Both the position numbers and the translations under genes were made by a program. Positions 7,481 through 17,441 of a DNA stretch of 33,716 nucleotides are shown in pieces. The notes below the pieces were generated by a model that saw only the letters and a list, made by a program, of their open reading frames with translations, searched no databases and was not told the origin of the DNA. Each line of letters starts with the position of its first letter. The first letter of the stretch is position 1. Source of the stretch: a virus (Duplodnaviria; Caudoviricetes); the IMG/VR virus record IMGVR_UViG_3300020045_006097, positions 1 through 33,716 of that record. One strand, written 5' to 3'.

Positions 7481-8587
7481 TTAGCCTCCGTAATAACCCT
7501 GGGCACCAATAGCAATCATGCCGGTTCCTAGGATCTGTGAACTATTTACACCTTTCAGAGCTGTTGCACGGTATGCAATAACTCCAGTTGCGGTGCGAAT
7601 GAACAAATGAGGTCTCACTGTAATTGAACTTGTTGTATCCGTAATTGGATCGTACTTGTCGTAAGTTACTTGATTAGTTAATACTGCAACTGCCCGAATA
7701 GAGTCATCAGTTTGGGCACCGGTAACACCAGCAGCTACTACACCAACTGTAGACTTGATCATCCGGTATGTTGGCTGTCCGCCACCTACTAGCCATATGA
7801 ATCCTGTCCGAAGATCATCAAGATACGTAGTATGACCTAAGTTTGCACTGAATGTAGTTGGCGTATTTGCTGCTTGATCCCACTTGATTACTGATACATC
7901 ACAGCCAACAAATAGCTCTTTATTCTGATTAACGCTTAGTGTAGCTGGAGATCTGCTAATCTTGTACGTTTGTAGGAATGAGTTAGTTGCGAGATCAAAG
8001 TCAGCAATGCTGTGGTTATTCTTGCATGTAACCCAAAGACTTCCGTCTAATCCATTAATCAGCATTCGTTGATCTGTTTGATGACGCAACGGAATAGCAA
8101 AGACTGACCAAGTGCTTGCAGTAAGATCATATTTTAGTAGCGTATTCTGCATATTTGCATTAGTTGCAGCATTAGCAATCCACAGTGCACCATTCGCAGC
8201 TACTAGATCTGATCCCTTGGTGAATCCAGCTGGAAAATCAAAAGCACCTACTTGAGCCTTTGTATGAATATTATAGCCAACGATATTAGGTGAGGTAGTG
8301 TATAAGACGTACATGATATCACCCAACTTAGTAGCATTTTGCATACCAGTGCGGACGTCACCAAATAGCTGACTTGTTAGACGAACTGTTTGGTTGTCAA
8401 AGTAGTATGCTTGATCAAGCGTATAATCTAGATTTAGTGAAGAGAGAGCTGATATTTTACCGTCGTTCCAACCAACCCATACTTCAACTTCATTCGCTTT
8501 TACAATGAATGTAGGAGTGGCAGAAGAGACAGGTGGGCTGACTGCATCGCGTTTAAACTCATAGATTGTTTCAAATTCTAAGCTCAT
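7481..8587 (-). CDS. Putative beta-propeller virion protein
   Basis: Repeating blades such as NGALWIAN, DGSLWVTC, KELFVGC and GFIWLVG; lies in the tail module. Confidence 0.6.
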   Translation of the reverse strand: MSLEFETIYEFKRDAVSPPVSSATPTFIVKANEVEVWVGWNDGKISALSSLNLDYTLDQAYYFDNQTVRLTSQLFGDVRTGMQNATKLGDIMYVLYTTSPNIVGYNIHTKAQVGAFDFPAGFTKGSDLVAANGALWIANAATNANMQNTLLKYDLTASTWSVFAIPLRHQTDQRMLINGLDGSLWVTCKNNHSIADFDLATNSFLQTYKISRSPATLSVNQNKELFVGCDVSVIKWDQAANTPTTFSANLGHTTYLDDLRTGFIWLVGGGQPTYRMIKSTVGVVAAGVTGAQTDDSIRAVAVLTNQVTYDKYDPITDTTSSITVRPHLFIRTATGVIAYRATALKGVNSSQILGTGMIAIGAQGYYGG

Positions 8588-9144
8588 AGATCATTGCTTT
8601 CGTATTCATCAATGAAACACTTAATTGTGAGAGGACCAACATTGCCGTACGTCCCGAAATTACGTACGTACAAACGTGCGTGAAGGTACTCTGTGTAATA
8701 AGTTGTGTTTGATGTTAAGTATTTAACGTAACTTAGATTTACATTCGGTCCTGTTGTGCTTAGACGCGGATAAAGTGTCACTGCAGCGTCATTGTAGAAG
8801 ATCAATCCGCCATTGTGTGCTGAAGTAGGAGTTACATACGTATCAGTCATCTCATAATATAGTTTGACTGATTGAGCATCAATTGTGCTGCACACCGTGC
8901 CACTAATCGTAATGCGTGGGCGTGAAGCAGTGACATACGTACCACTTAGCTTGAAGAACGTGTAGTAATCATAGCTGCACACGAGTGGATCTGCAGTAGG
9001 ACGGATGATTGGATAGACTGGATACTGAAATCCTTCTACTGCTCCGCTATTCATCCACCCAATATTATCAATTTGGGTTGTAGCAGAGCCCCTGCCGCTG
9101 GCAAGAGCTCCTGAATCTTGATAGTGATCAATATCAATAGACAT
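8584..9144 (-). CDS. Hypothetical tail-module protein (beta-rich)
   Basis: Coupled at both ends (TAATG and ATGA) within the tail operon. Confidence 0.7.
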   Translation of the reverse strand: MSIDIDHYQDSGALASGRGSATTQIDNIGWMNSGAVEGFQYPVYPIIRPTADPLVCSYDYYTFFKLSGTYVTASRPRITISGTVCSTIDAQSVKLYYEMTDTYVTPTSAHNGGLIFYNDAAVTLYPRLSTTGPNVNLSYVKYLTSNTTYYTEYLHARLYVRNFGTYGNVGPLTIKCFIDEYESNDL

Positions 9145-10394
9145 TATACAAAGTTCTTAGCTAGTGAGCAGTACATGGACGTCCCATTTGATACACAAGT
9201 TAGAATATTGACTGATCCGGATGCAATTGAAAGCACTTTATCGGCCCCATTAGCAAATAGGTAAGATGTTCCATATGCGAGCGTGTATCCACCAGGTGCA
9301 GCTTGTGTGATTATGAATGTATAACGGCCAGCACCAAGATTAGTTGGATTTGCTAACGTTGCATTTGCACTAAGAGCAAGGGTGAATATATTAGATAAAG
9401 CGGCATTTACTGCAATAGCCCCACTTGAGGTTAATGCTACTGGGGTGTTGTAATTAGCAGCAGTGTACACATTTCTTGTATTTAATTTAGGAATATTAGT
9501 TCCAACATCTATTACACCAGCAGTAATAGTAATATTTGCAGCATTTCCTGACTTAACTACGCCAAAAGTCGCAGTTCCACTTGCCAAAACTGCAGATAAC
9601 ACACCACTAGCAAGCGCTAATCCAGTCCCAGTAGTAACTTGGAGCAACCCCTTAGAAGTATAAGTCGCATCTGCACTAACACTACCAGCAGCAACTGAAG
9701 TAATCAAACCCTTTGCATTAATCGTAACAGTCGGAAATGCATATGTTCCAGGAGTTAATCCACTAATTGTTGCTAGTGTAGTAGCGCCTATACTTCCTAC
9801 GATATCACCAGTTAATGTACTTGCAGAAGCAGCAGTAACACGGCCTTTTGCATCAACTGTTAATGTAGCTGCGGAATATGTACCAGCTGTCACTCCTGAA
9901 TTTACTAGCGTAGCAGTTGTAATTGTTCCAGTCAAATCTCCACCTACTGCAGGTGCAGCAGTAGAAGCAGCAGTAACACGGCCTTTTGCATCAACTGTAA
10001 TGGTTGGATATGAATAAGAACCAGCAGTCACTCCAGATGCAGCTAACACAGTTGCACCTAGTGAGCCAGTTACATCTCCAGCAAGTTGACTTGATGTAGC
10101 AGCAGTAATGCGACCTTTTGCATCAATTGTTAAACTACCAAGTGAATATGTACCAGCAGTAACTCCAGATGAAGCAAGATAATTAGCGCTAAATGGACCG
10201 ATCACATCTCCAGATAAATTTGGTGCACTAGTAGCCGCAGTAACGCGACCTTTTGCATCAACAGAAATTGTTGGAAAGTAATAAGTTCCAGCGGTTACCC
10301 CAGTAGCAGTTAATTGAGGGGTAGTTGCACTACCTCCTGCTAAATCGCCAGCGAGTTGAATATCCCCTGCGAGTGTTTGCGTTGCGTTTGACAT
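9144..10394 (-). CDS. Tail fibre protein 2
   Basis: Five repeats of L-x-x-(S/T)GVTAG(T/S)Y....T(V/I)DAKGR(V/I)TAA, then an ADATYTSKGLLQ fibre motif and a small C-terminal domain. Confidence 0.8.
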   Translation of the reverse strand: MSNATQTLAGDIQLAGDLAGGSATTPQLTATGVTAGTYYFPTISVDAKGRVTAATSAPNLSGDVIGPFSANYLASSGVTAGTYSLGSLTIDAKGRITAATSSQLAGDVTGSLGATVLAASGVTAGSYSYPTITVDAKGRVTAASTAAPAVGGDLTGTITTATLVNSGVTAGTYSAATLTVDAKGRVTAASASTLTGDIVGSIGATTLATISGLTPGTYAFPTVTINAKGLITSVAAGSVSADATYTSKGLLQVTTGTGLALASGVLSAVLASGTATFGVVKSGNAANITITAGVIDVGTNIPKLNTRNVYTAANYNTPVALTSSGAIAVNAALSNIFTLALSANATLANPTNLGAGRYTFIITQAAPGGYTLAYGTSYLFANGADKVLSIASGSVNILTCVSNGTSMYCSLAKNFV

Positions 10395-10402
10395 TTAAAT
10401 CC

Positions 10403-12520
10403 TTAATTTACGTATGTGCAGTATACTGTTGAATCTATTACAGTACAATCAACAGAAAAATATCCAGTATATGAGCTAGGAACTAGATTATTACTAAATT
10501 TATATACAGGATCAAATGTGATACTAGAATAATCTAAAAATGTAGTATAATATGGGGTTATAAGCACGTTGTTTCCATACCCAAGATACTGATTTCCAAT
10601 AAGCCATTTTGTGCCTATCCAAAGTGGGCGCCCAGCACCGTTAACTTGAGTAGGATACCCAGTATCTAAAAACAACCCACCAGTCCAACTAGTACCTGTA
10701 GTGGATGTGTATCGCCCAAGTCTATTAGCTCCTAATGATGAACTACCCCAGACACCATTGAGATAAAATTCATTATTTCCATATGCTATTCCCCATGCTC
10801 CCCATCCTCCAGCACCAGATGCAGTATATGATCCAACAGTCCAATTTATACCATCAGTAGAAGCTGCAGTATACATTGTATCTGCAGCTGGCGTTGGAAC
10901 TGAACAACTTATACAGAATTTTCCATTTCCAGCAGCTATATGCATGGTATCATACGGAAGGATAACAATAGTTGTTGGAAATGTTTGTAATGTCCAATTT
11001 ATACCGTCAGGAGAAGTAGCATATTTTGTTAGGTCTCCATTTTTTGGTAAAATACAAAATACAGATCCATTCCAAGCAATTTCCATATGCTTAGTATCAT
11101 CTGCAGTTGAGGTTCCACTAAACGGGAGTGTATGTCCAGTCCAATTTATACCATCTGATGAAATAGAAGCTTTGGTATTAACTCCATCAAAGAACCGAGG
11201 AAGTGCACAAAAAATACTACCATTCCATATGATATTCCACAAACTGTTTCCGATACTATATGACGTACCAGTCCAATTTATACCGTCAGCTGAGTACCTT
11301 GGACCACTACCTCCAGCACATACGTATAGACTTCCATTATATGCAACTGGTCCAGTTGCATCGTGATTAGCTGCACCTAACAGTGTAGGAATCTCAATAT
11401 TTCCTAAACGAGAGACTATTGAAAACTGTGATCCAGTTAATGCATTAGCAGGAGCAGCAATATTCCAACTACCAGATAAGTTTAAAATAGTATCAGTTGT
11501 TAAGTTCGGATAAACCGTTCCAGTAGCAGAAACTATACTGTCTGTAGTAGCAGCTGCCCAAGTATTAGTAATAGCAAGTTTAGGAATATTAGTTCCAACA
11601 TCAATTACGCCAGCAGTAATGCTAAGATTTGTAGTATTTGCAGATTTAACTACTCCAAATGCTGTAGTTCCAGTAGGAAGTGTACCGGACAGAACACCTC
11701 CTGTAATTGTTAGCCCTTGATCTGCGGAAATCTGTAATATGCCTTTAGTTGTAGTAGTAGCATCTGCAAAAGTAGTTGCGGTATTATCTGCTGCTGCTGT
11801 TACTCGGCCTTTATTATTAACCGTTAGTGTAGCATAAGCATATGTTCCTGCAGTTACTCCTGAATTGGATAAAACAGTCGCACTGCTAGTTCCGGACATA
11901 TCTCCAGCAAATGTAAGAGAGCCAGAAGCAGCAGAAGTAATGCGTCCTTTCGCATCAACTGTAATAGTTGGGAAAGTATAGGTACCAGGAGTGACTCCAG
12001 AAGCATTTAGTGCTAAATTTGAGACAGATCCGTTCACCTCTCCATTTACTGTAACAGCTCCATTTGTAGCTGAAGTAAGTTTACCAGCAGCATTAACAGT
12101 AAATGCCGCATTACTATATGTGCCAGCAGTTACTCCAGTATTAGATAATACAGTAGCAGAAATTGTGCCGCTTAATTGACCAGTCAACGTAGGACTTGAT
12201 CCGCTTGATGCAGCAGTAACTAATCCGCCATCATTAACTGTAACTTGAGGAAATGTATAAGTGCCAGCAGCGACACCAGATGCAGCTAAAGTTGTAACGG
12301 CAGATGAACTACTAATTACTCCACTTAGTGCGCCAGTCAATGTAATTCCACCAGTGGATGCAACATAGATTAATCTACCTTTTGCATCTACAACGATAGT
12401 TTGTGGAACATAATTTCCAGCAGTCACTCCAGTGATCCGTAGCTCTGGTGCATTTGCTACTCCAGTAAGGTCACCACCAAGAATTATGCTGCCAGGAGTT
12501 GTTGTTGTTGCTAAAGCCAT
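10403..12520 (-). CDS. Tail fibre protein 1 with C-terminal S-x-DGINWT (BNR/Asp-box-like) repeat domain
   Basis: Five SGVTAGTY...VxxxGRxTxA repeats, ADATTTTKGILQ, then four SxDGINWT repeats plus STTGTSWT. Confidence 0.8.
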   Translation of the reverse strand: MALATTTTPGSIILGGDLTGVANAPELRITGVTAGNYVPQTIVVDAKGRLIYVASTGGITLTGALSGVISSSSAVTTLAASGVAAGTYTFPQVTVNDGGLVTAASSGSSPTLTGQLSGTISATVLSNTGVTAGTYSNAAFTVNAAGKLTSATNGAVTVNGEVNGSVSNLALNASGVTPGTYTFPTITVDAKGRITSAASGSLTFAGDMSGTSSATVLSNSGVTAGTYAYATLTVNNKGRVTAAADNTATTFADATTTTKGILQISADQGLTITGGVLSGTLPTGTTAFGVVKSANTTNLSITAGVIDVGTNIPKLAITNTWAAATTDSIVSATGTVYPNLTTDTILNLSGSWNIAAPANALTGSQFSIVSRLGNIEIPTLLGAANHDATGPVAYNGSLYVCAGGSGPRYSADGINWTGTSYSIGNSLWNIIWNGSIFCALPRFFDGVNTKASISSDGINWTGHTLPFSGTSTADDTKHMEIAWNGSVFCILPKNGDLTKYATSPDGINWTLQTFPTTIVILPYDTMHIAAGNGKFCISCSVPTPAADTMYTAASTDGINWTVGSYTASGAGGWGAWGIAYGNNEFYLNGVWGSSSLGANRLGRYTSTTGTSWTGGLFLDTGYPTQVNGAGRPLWIGTKWLIGNQYLGYGNNVLITPYYTTFLDYSSITFDPVYKFSNNLVPSSYTGYFSVDCTVIDSTVYCTYVN

Positions 12521-12523
12521 ATT

Positions 12524-13120
12524 TTAAATTCCACCTTGTTTATTTACTTCAAAGCTGAAAACTGGAACCCGTCCAGCTACGCCTAAGTCAAAATCATTTA
12601 GCACAATATATGCCAAGCCTCGGTACGCAGGCACATTGCCAGCACCAAGTGCGCTTTCCATAGTTGGGTCTGGGTTCTGGGTATTAGTACCCAAGTATAA
12701 CTGACCAATCAATGTCTTGCTATCACCAGCTACATCAACAATCAGTTTGCCATCCGCCCACACTCTGCTAATTCCTTCAATCGGACCTTTGCAAAGTGCA
12801 ATTGCCATGTCTACTTTGTAACCTGTTGCAGATGGGGAGCCTGAACTTCCGCCTTTGCCACCTTGCTTGATTGAATACGTTGTCTTATCCGCAGCCCAAA
12901 TGATATTACCAGCAATACGTTGCTTACCAAATACAATTGGAATTGCACCACCGAATGCAGCTGTCTGCACTCGCAAGTCAGCGATCTTTGGTTCAGGAAT
13001 ATTGCTTGCATCATTGCCAGCAATGTAGGAACCAAGCAACCAACCAATTTGAGCACCAGTAGTACCGCCAATAAATCCGCCAGCCGCAGCACCAATCCCT
13101 GAAATTACTAGATTAGCCAT
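12524..13120 (-). CDS. Central tail-tip protein, stand-alone N-terminal part (RcGTA g15-like N-terminus)
   Basis: DLRVQTAAFGGAIPIVFGKQRIAGNIIWA, AIALCKGPIEGISRVWADGKLI, NVPAYRGLAYIV, PVFSFEV. Confidence 0.8.
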   Translation of the reverse strand: MANLVISGIGAAAGGFIGGTTGAQIGWLLGSYIAGNDASNIPEPKIADLRVQTAAFGGAIPIVFGKQRIAGNIIWAADKTTYSIKQGGKGGSSGSPSATGYKVDMAIALCKGPIEGISRVWADGKLIVDVAGDSKTLIGQLYLGTNTQNPDPTMESALGAGNVPAYRGLAYIVLNDFDLGVAGRVPVFSFEVNKQGGI

Positions 13121-13547
13121 TATTTACTCCCGGAAAGCTGTATGTTTTGACCCATCTAGTATTCCAATCTTCGTTAAAACTATTTACTACGACTTTGTTA
13201 CTGCGAAGGCAAGCGTGGATGAATTGGTCACTATTCAGTAAAATTCCAACGTGGCTGCATGTGCGACCAAACTTGAAACATACGATGTCACCTGGCAGAG
13301 GCTCTGATACTTCTTCACATCCCATCAGCTCCATGTACTGAAGCAAGTGCTCTTCACGATTATGCAGGTGCCATTCAGGTGGATAGTTTGGAACAAGTGC
13401 GGCACGTCGCTCATCAAGCATTCCAACTTCAATTGCAACTGCTACGAGCAACTGAGCGCAATCAATTCCAGCTCCCTTTACTCGTGCATGGTGATGGTAA
13501 GGCGTATCCACCCAACCAAGTGCAGCATCAACTAGTTTTGTTCTCAT
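13113..13547 (-). CDS. NlpC/P60 tail-tip peptidase (RcGTA g14-like)
   Basis: WVDTPYHH...GIDCAQL (catalytic Cys), PGDIVCF, SHVGI, FIHA. Confidence 0.9.
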   Translation of the reverse strand: MRTKLVDAALGWVDTPYHHHARVKGAGIDCAQLLVAVAIEVGMLDERRAALVPNYPPEWHLHNREEHLLQYMELMGCEEVSEPLPGDIVCFKFGRTCSHVGILLNSDQFIHACLRSNKVVVNSFNEDWNTRWVKTYSFPGVNNG

Positions 13548-14392
13548 CGGTATTGGACCTCAACTTGAATATGCGGAAAGCCACCAAAGTTGATTCCGTT
13601 GTTGAACTTAGCTTTGCATGTCGCTTGCGTCTTATCGCATCCAGCTGTAATGCTGAACTGATGACCAGCTGCAATTCCGGTAAATGTGGGCAGATAGAGT
13701 TCAACAACCGGAACACCAGCAACTACCAAATGATTCTTGACTTCATGCTTTAGTCCAGCGTTTGGTCCAGTTGTCCAAGTCAGGATTCCATTCTGCATAT
13801 ATTGGGCTGGTTGACTCAATCCTGATGCGGAGAACTTCAGTTTAGCGACGGATATAGAAGTGACAGTTCCGTTATACGTATACGAACTTTTGTTGAGTGT
13901 ACATGCACCAACTGAACTTGACGAAAATTGGTTGAACAAGCTATGACGGCAGTTAGCAGTTGTGAGGAAGTTAACATTACGTTGCAGCTGACGCATATGA
14001 GACTGAACGTCAGCACGGAACCCGTCTGCTGTCCACTGAATCACGCCAATATTGCCACGAAGGACAGTCAGTGAGCCATAATCCGGATGTCTCCAGCTTG
14101 CAAACCCAACCTCAACAAGCGCATTGTCAAACTTGCCTGCAATTAGATCAGCTTCAGGTGCATCTACCCAGCCAGATCCAATCTCTTGGTTAGAGACGGT
14201 ATCATTTGACGTAGATGTCAGAATAGCGCGACTTAGTCCGGGAGCAGGGACATACGTAGTTCCAGCCACGACAAGGATAGAATCGCAGTCAGTGTAACCA
14301 AAAATTGTGCCATCTGTTGTTGTAAATTTAACGAGTGTAGAGCGGAAGCCATCAACAAACTCCTGTTTTAGTAAAGACGAAATTGTTCTCAT
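13544..14392 (-). CDS. Tail hub protein, DUF2163/BR0599-like (RcGTA g13-like)
   Basis: DG..FGYTDCD, GKFDNA, ANCRHSL, C-terminal AGCDKTQATCKAKFNNGINFGGFPHI. Confidence 0.9.
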   Translation of the reverse strand: MRTISSLLKQEFVDGFRSTLVKFTTTDGTIFGYTDCDSILVVAGTTYVPAPGLSRAILTSTSNDTVSNQEIGSGWVDAPEADLIAGKFDNALVEVGFASWRHPDYGSLTVLRGNIGVIQWTADGFRADVQSHMRQLQRNVNFLTTANCRHSLFNQFSSSSVGACTLNKSSYTYNGTVTSISVAKLKFSASGLSQPAQYMQNGILTWTTGPNAGLKHEVKNHLVVAGVPVVELYLPTFTGIAAGHQFSITAGCDKTQATCKAKFNNGINFGGFPHIQVEVQYR

Positions 14393-15126
14393 TATGTTTC
14401 ATCCTGATATTCAAAGACCTCAATCAACTTGATATCACTTAGGGAGCTTACAGTTGGGACTACTTCACTATCCCCAGTAGAAGTAGACAAAGTTGACTTC
14501 TTCATTGCAGTAATCTTGTAGCTGATCATTCCATCAAAACGTACAGTATGGTAGATCGGACCCGAAAATGTAATTACATCTGTACCAGTCCATGCAGCAC
14601 CAGTAGATTGAAATACCGTAGTGCGTGGGTAAGGATAGTTTGGATACGGAGACATATCAAAATTCATATGAATGTCATAATCCGAACCATATACAAGTGG
14701 GACACCATTGCGCTTAACTACGATATTAGTTAATGCGGTTAGATCCCAAGCTGGAAACTGACCAGTATTGCCAAGATTTAAAACTGGATGCATTCCGCTA
14801 TGGTATAAACCAAACAACCACGTACCTGGCGTACCTGGCACATAGAACGGAACCATTTGCTGATTGGTTAACTCCGGAACGGTTGGGTCACGGAATAGGA
14901 ATGAATCTACAGAGGAGTGCACAGTATTGAAGAACTTAACAATTGCATCCGCATCCTCTTGGTATAGATTACGTGAAGGGATGCTCCAGCTATACCGCTC
15001 TACCTTATTCAGTTTACGGCGGATTTCCCGGTTACCATTTGATGTAATGGCTACTGGATCATTGATAGTTTTTTCAGTTCCGTGCTTTAAACGGAGGTCA
15101 GGGAAAGATTGGTATGTGAAGCTCAT
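14392..15126 (-). CDS. Distal tail protein, DUF2460-like (RcGTA g12-like)
   Basis: SNGNREIR, FFNTVHSSVDSFLFRDP, TVRFD, IKLIEV; directly follows the tape measure gene. Confidence 0.8.
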   Translation of the reverse strand: MSFTYQSFPDLRLKHGTEKTINDPVAITSNGNREIRRKLNKVERYSWSIPSRNLYQEDADAIVKFFNTVHSSVDSFLFRDPTVPELTNQQMVPFYVPGTPGTWLFGLYHSGMHPVLNLGNTGQFPAWDLTALTNIVVKRNGVPLVYGSDYDIHMNFDMSPYPNYPYPRTTVFQSTGAAWTGTDVITFSGPIYHTVRFDGMISYKITAMKKSTLSTSTGDSEVVPTVSSLSDIKLIEVFEYQDET

Positions 15127-17441
15127 TTGTTATATGTCCGTTGTGTGCCAGAAATTAGGTCAGCAAGTGGTCTCTTGATTTTCTCCATTGACCGCATTAC
15201 GTCTTGGGAATCCATTGCGGTGATATTGAATGACACAGCCATATTTGCACCACCCCCAGCAAGAGCAGATGAAACACTTGGTGCAATCGTACCAGATGTA
15301 GTAGGAATGAACACTTCAGGTCGTTTTTCACCAACAATATATGGGACCCCGGCCTTAACTGGCCCGCCATTCTCACGGAATCCGCCAAATAGACTAGAGA
15401 ATACGCTCGTCAAAGCACCACCACTGCGAGCACCACCACCAGTCTTCATCACTCCACCAAATAGATAATCTGTTAGCTGAGAAGCAAGCAAGTCTGCAAC
15501 CATGCGGTCAAGAGTGACTTTGAACATCTTACCCAAGTCATCTATTTTACCCTGCATGATGTCAAAGAAGAATGTTGACATATCACTCTGCATACCAGAT
15601 GCAGCGGTAAGTGTCAGCTTTTGTAGATCAGTTAGCTCAACCTTTAGCAGATTAAATTTGGATTGATTGATTTGCTCAATTGCATTTTTCAATTCATCAG
15701 CACTAATCTTACCTTGAGTGAACCACAACTGAACAAGCTGTGTAGCACGGTCAAGCTTTTCCATCTCTTCGCGAGTCTTGCCAATATAGTCAGACCAAAC
15801 AGAGGTGTCATTCTTAATTCCGTTTGTCTCAGTTGCAACAGTCTGTAGCTCAATCCCTGTTGCTCTGATTACAGCGTTTAATGAATCAATTGCAGCTTGA
15901 TAGCGGGTAACACCCTGCGTATCATTTGCGGCAGCAGCTTTGTCTCGCAGATCTTCAAGTAGCGTGCGTTGTGCAGTTAGTGGAGCAAGTGCTTGTTGAG
16001 CTTGTAACCATGCATCAGCAACGGCCTTACCTTCATTCTTTAGTAGGTCAAGGTACTGAGTAGAACTAGCAAGCTCAGCATTAGACGCAACGATAACATC
16101 ACGTTTTGCCTTCGCAATATTTTCTGCTGAGTCTTTTAGTTGTTTGTCGGCTTCAAAGATCAAGCGTTTTGCATCTGCTTCTTTTAGCAGTGCATCAACG
16201 TGAGCTTTCTGTGCAGGTGTGAGGAACGCAAACTTGCCCTTTTCCATTTCAAACCGAATCTGCTCTGCAAACGTAAGCTGCTTAACTCCATCAATTTCAC
16301 GTTGAATTTGAATTAGCAAGTCATCATATGCTTTCTTCTGCTTACCAGCTTCTGCATCTGGTTTAACAACCTTCTTGTAGTCTTTCCAAGTCTTAGTTGC
16401 TTTAGCTACTGCAGTAGTTGCTTTTGTAGTAGCTACAGTAGTGTTATCCATATTGACCATGAATTCACCAGTTGCAATCGCACTATCTTTGATGTCGTTC
16501 TTAAGAGAGCTAAAGATCGTACCTACTTGACCAAAATCACCACCAAGGATTGCAACTGCAGCGGCAGCAAGCGCACCAATTACTTTACCGATTGATTGAA
16601 TAACGAACACTACTCCTGCACCAACCTTGATGATGAATTTGAATACTGCAGCAACCCCTTTGCCAAATTGCTGTACTCCGTCACCTTTGCTGATCATGTT
16701 TGAGATGCCAGTGACGAAGTTGTCCAATACAGGGAGCATCTCTTTGGCAATTGTCATGCCCACGCCCTGCGCCATACTACCCATCTTGTCTAAGTCATCG
16801 TTAAACTTATTCGCCGCATCTGCTAAGTCTTGTGTAACAACGATACCAAGTTGTGCAGCCTCATCAGTTAGTGCTTTGATCCCGTCAGCACCAGCATTGA
16901 GCATTGGAATCATATCTGTTCCGGATCTACCCATCAACTCCATTGCTAGCGCAGATTTGTTTGCTCCGTCCGGCATTTGCTGGAATGCATCTGCCATTTC
17001 CTTGAGCACTTGTTCACTTGTTTTTAATTTACCATCAGAATCTTTGGTGCTAATACCAAGATGCTTGAATGCATTAGCTGTTTCAGAGCCTGCATCTTGT
17101 GATTCAATTAGTGATTTGTTGAGTTGGTTAAGGCTGCCCTTGAGTGCTTCAACTGGGACGTCATTCATCTTAGCTGCGTAAGCAAGCGCAGAGAATGATT
17201 CCGTTGACATACCAACCTTCTGAGCCATCATGCCCATTTGGTCAGCAGTATCAATTGCAGATTTTGTGATTGCAGCGAAGCCGCCAATAACTGCAGTACC
17301 AACTGCAGCAAGGCCAACTCCCATTGCATTCAATTTACCGCGAATGCTTGCGGTTGAAGATTCAATTGTGCTAACGAGCTTTTTTAGCTCCGGTGTAGCT
17401 TCATCTATTACCTTCAGCGCGATGATTACTGAGTTGTCCAT
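15123..17441 (-). CDS. Tail tape measure protein
   Basis: 772 aa, Ala-rich and helical; C-terminal FRENGGPVKAGVPYIVGEKRPEVFIP motif; follows the chaperone genes. Confidence 0.92.
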   Translation of the reverse strand: MDNSVIIALKVIDEATPELKKLVSTIESSTASIRGKLNAMGVGLAAVGTAVIGGFAAITKSAIDTADQMGMMAQKVGMSTESFSALAYAAKMNDVPVEALKGSLNQLNKSLIESQDAGSETANAFKHLGISTKDSDGKLKTSEQVLKEMADAFQQMPDGANKSALAMELMGRSGTDMIPMLNAGADGIKALTDEAAQLGIVVTQDLADAANKFNDDLDKMGSMAQGVGMTIAKEMLPVLDNFVTGISNMISKGDGVQQFGKGVAAVFKFIIKVGAGVVFVIQSIGKVIGALAAAAVAILGGDFGQVGTIFSSLKNDIKDSAIATGEFMVNMDNTTVATTKATTAVAKATKTWKDYKKVVKPDAEAGKQKKAYDDLLIQIQREIDGVKQLTFAEQIRFEMEKGKFAFLTPAQKAHVDALLKEADAKRLIFEADKQLKDSAENIAKAKRDVIVASNAELASSTQYLDLLKNEGKAVADAWLQAQQALAPLTAQRTLLEDLRDKAAAANDTQGVTRYQAAIDSLNAVIRATGIELQTVATETNGIKNDTSVWSDYIGKTREEMEKLDRATQLVQLWFTQGKISADELKNAIEQINQSKFNLLKVELTDLQKLTLTAASGMQSDMSTFFFDIMQGKIDDLGKMFKVTLDRMVADLLASQLTDYLFGGVMKTGGGARSGGALTSVFSSLFGGFRENGGPVKAGVPYIVGEKRPEVFIPTTSGTIAPSVSSALAGGGANMAVSFNITAMDSQDVMRSMEKIKRPLADLISGTQRTYNK

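Noticed and set aside
9144-12520. Diversity-generating retroelement or invertible fibre cassette
   Set aside because: No reverse transcriptase or invertase is present. The repeats are direct, coding and differ at synonymous sites rather than at adenines only.
13121-13130. GTAAATA as another late promoter
   Set aside because: It is the spacer between a GGAG SD and the ATG. Similar GTAAATA copies at 12541 and 20437 were left uncalled as weak.
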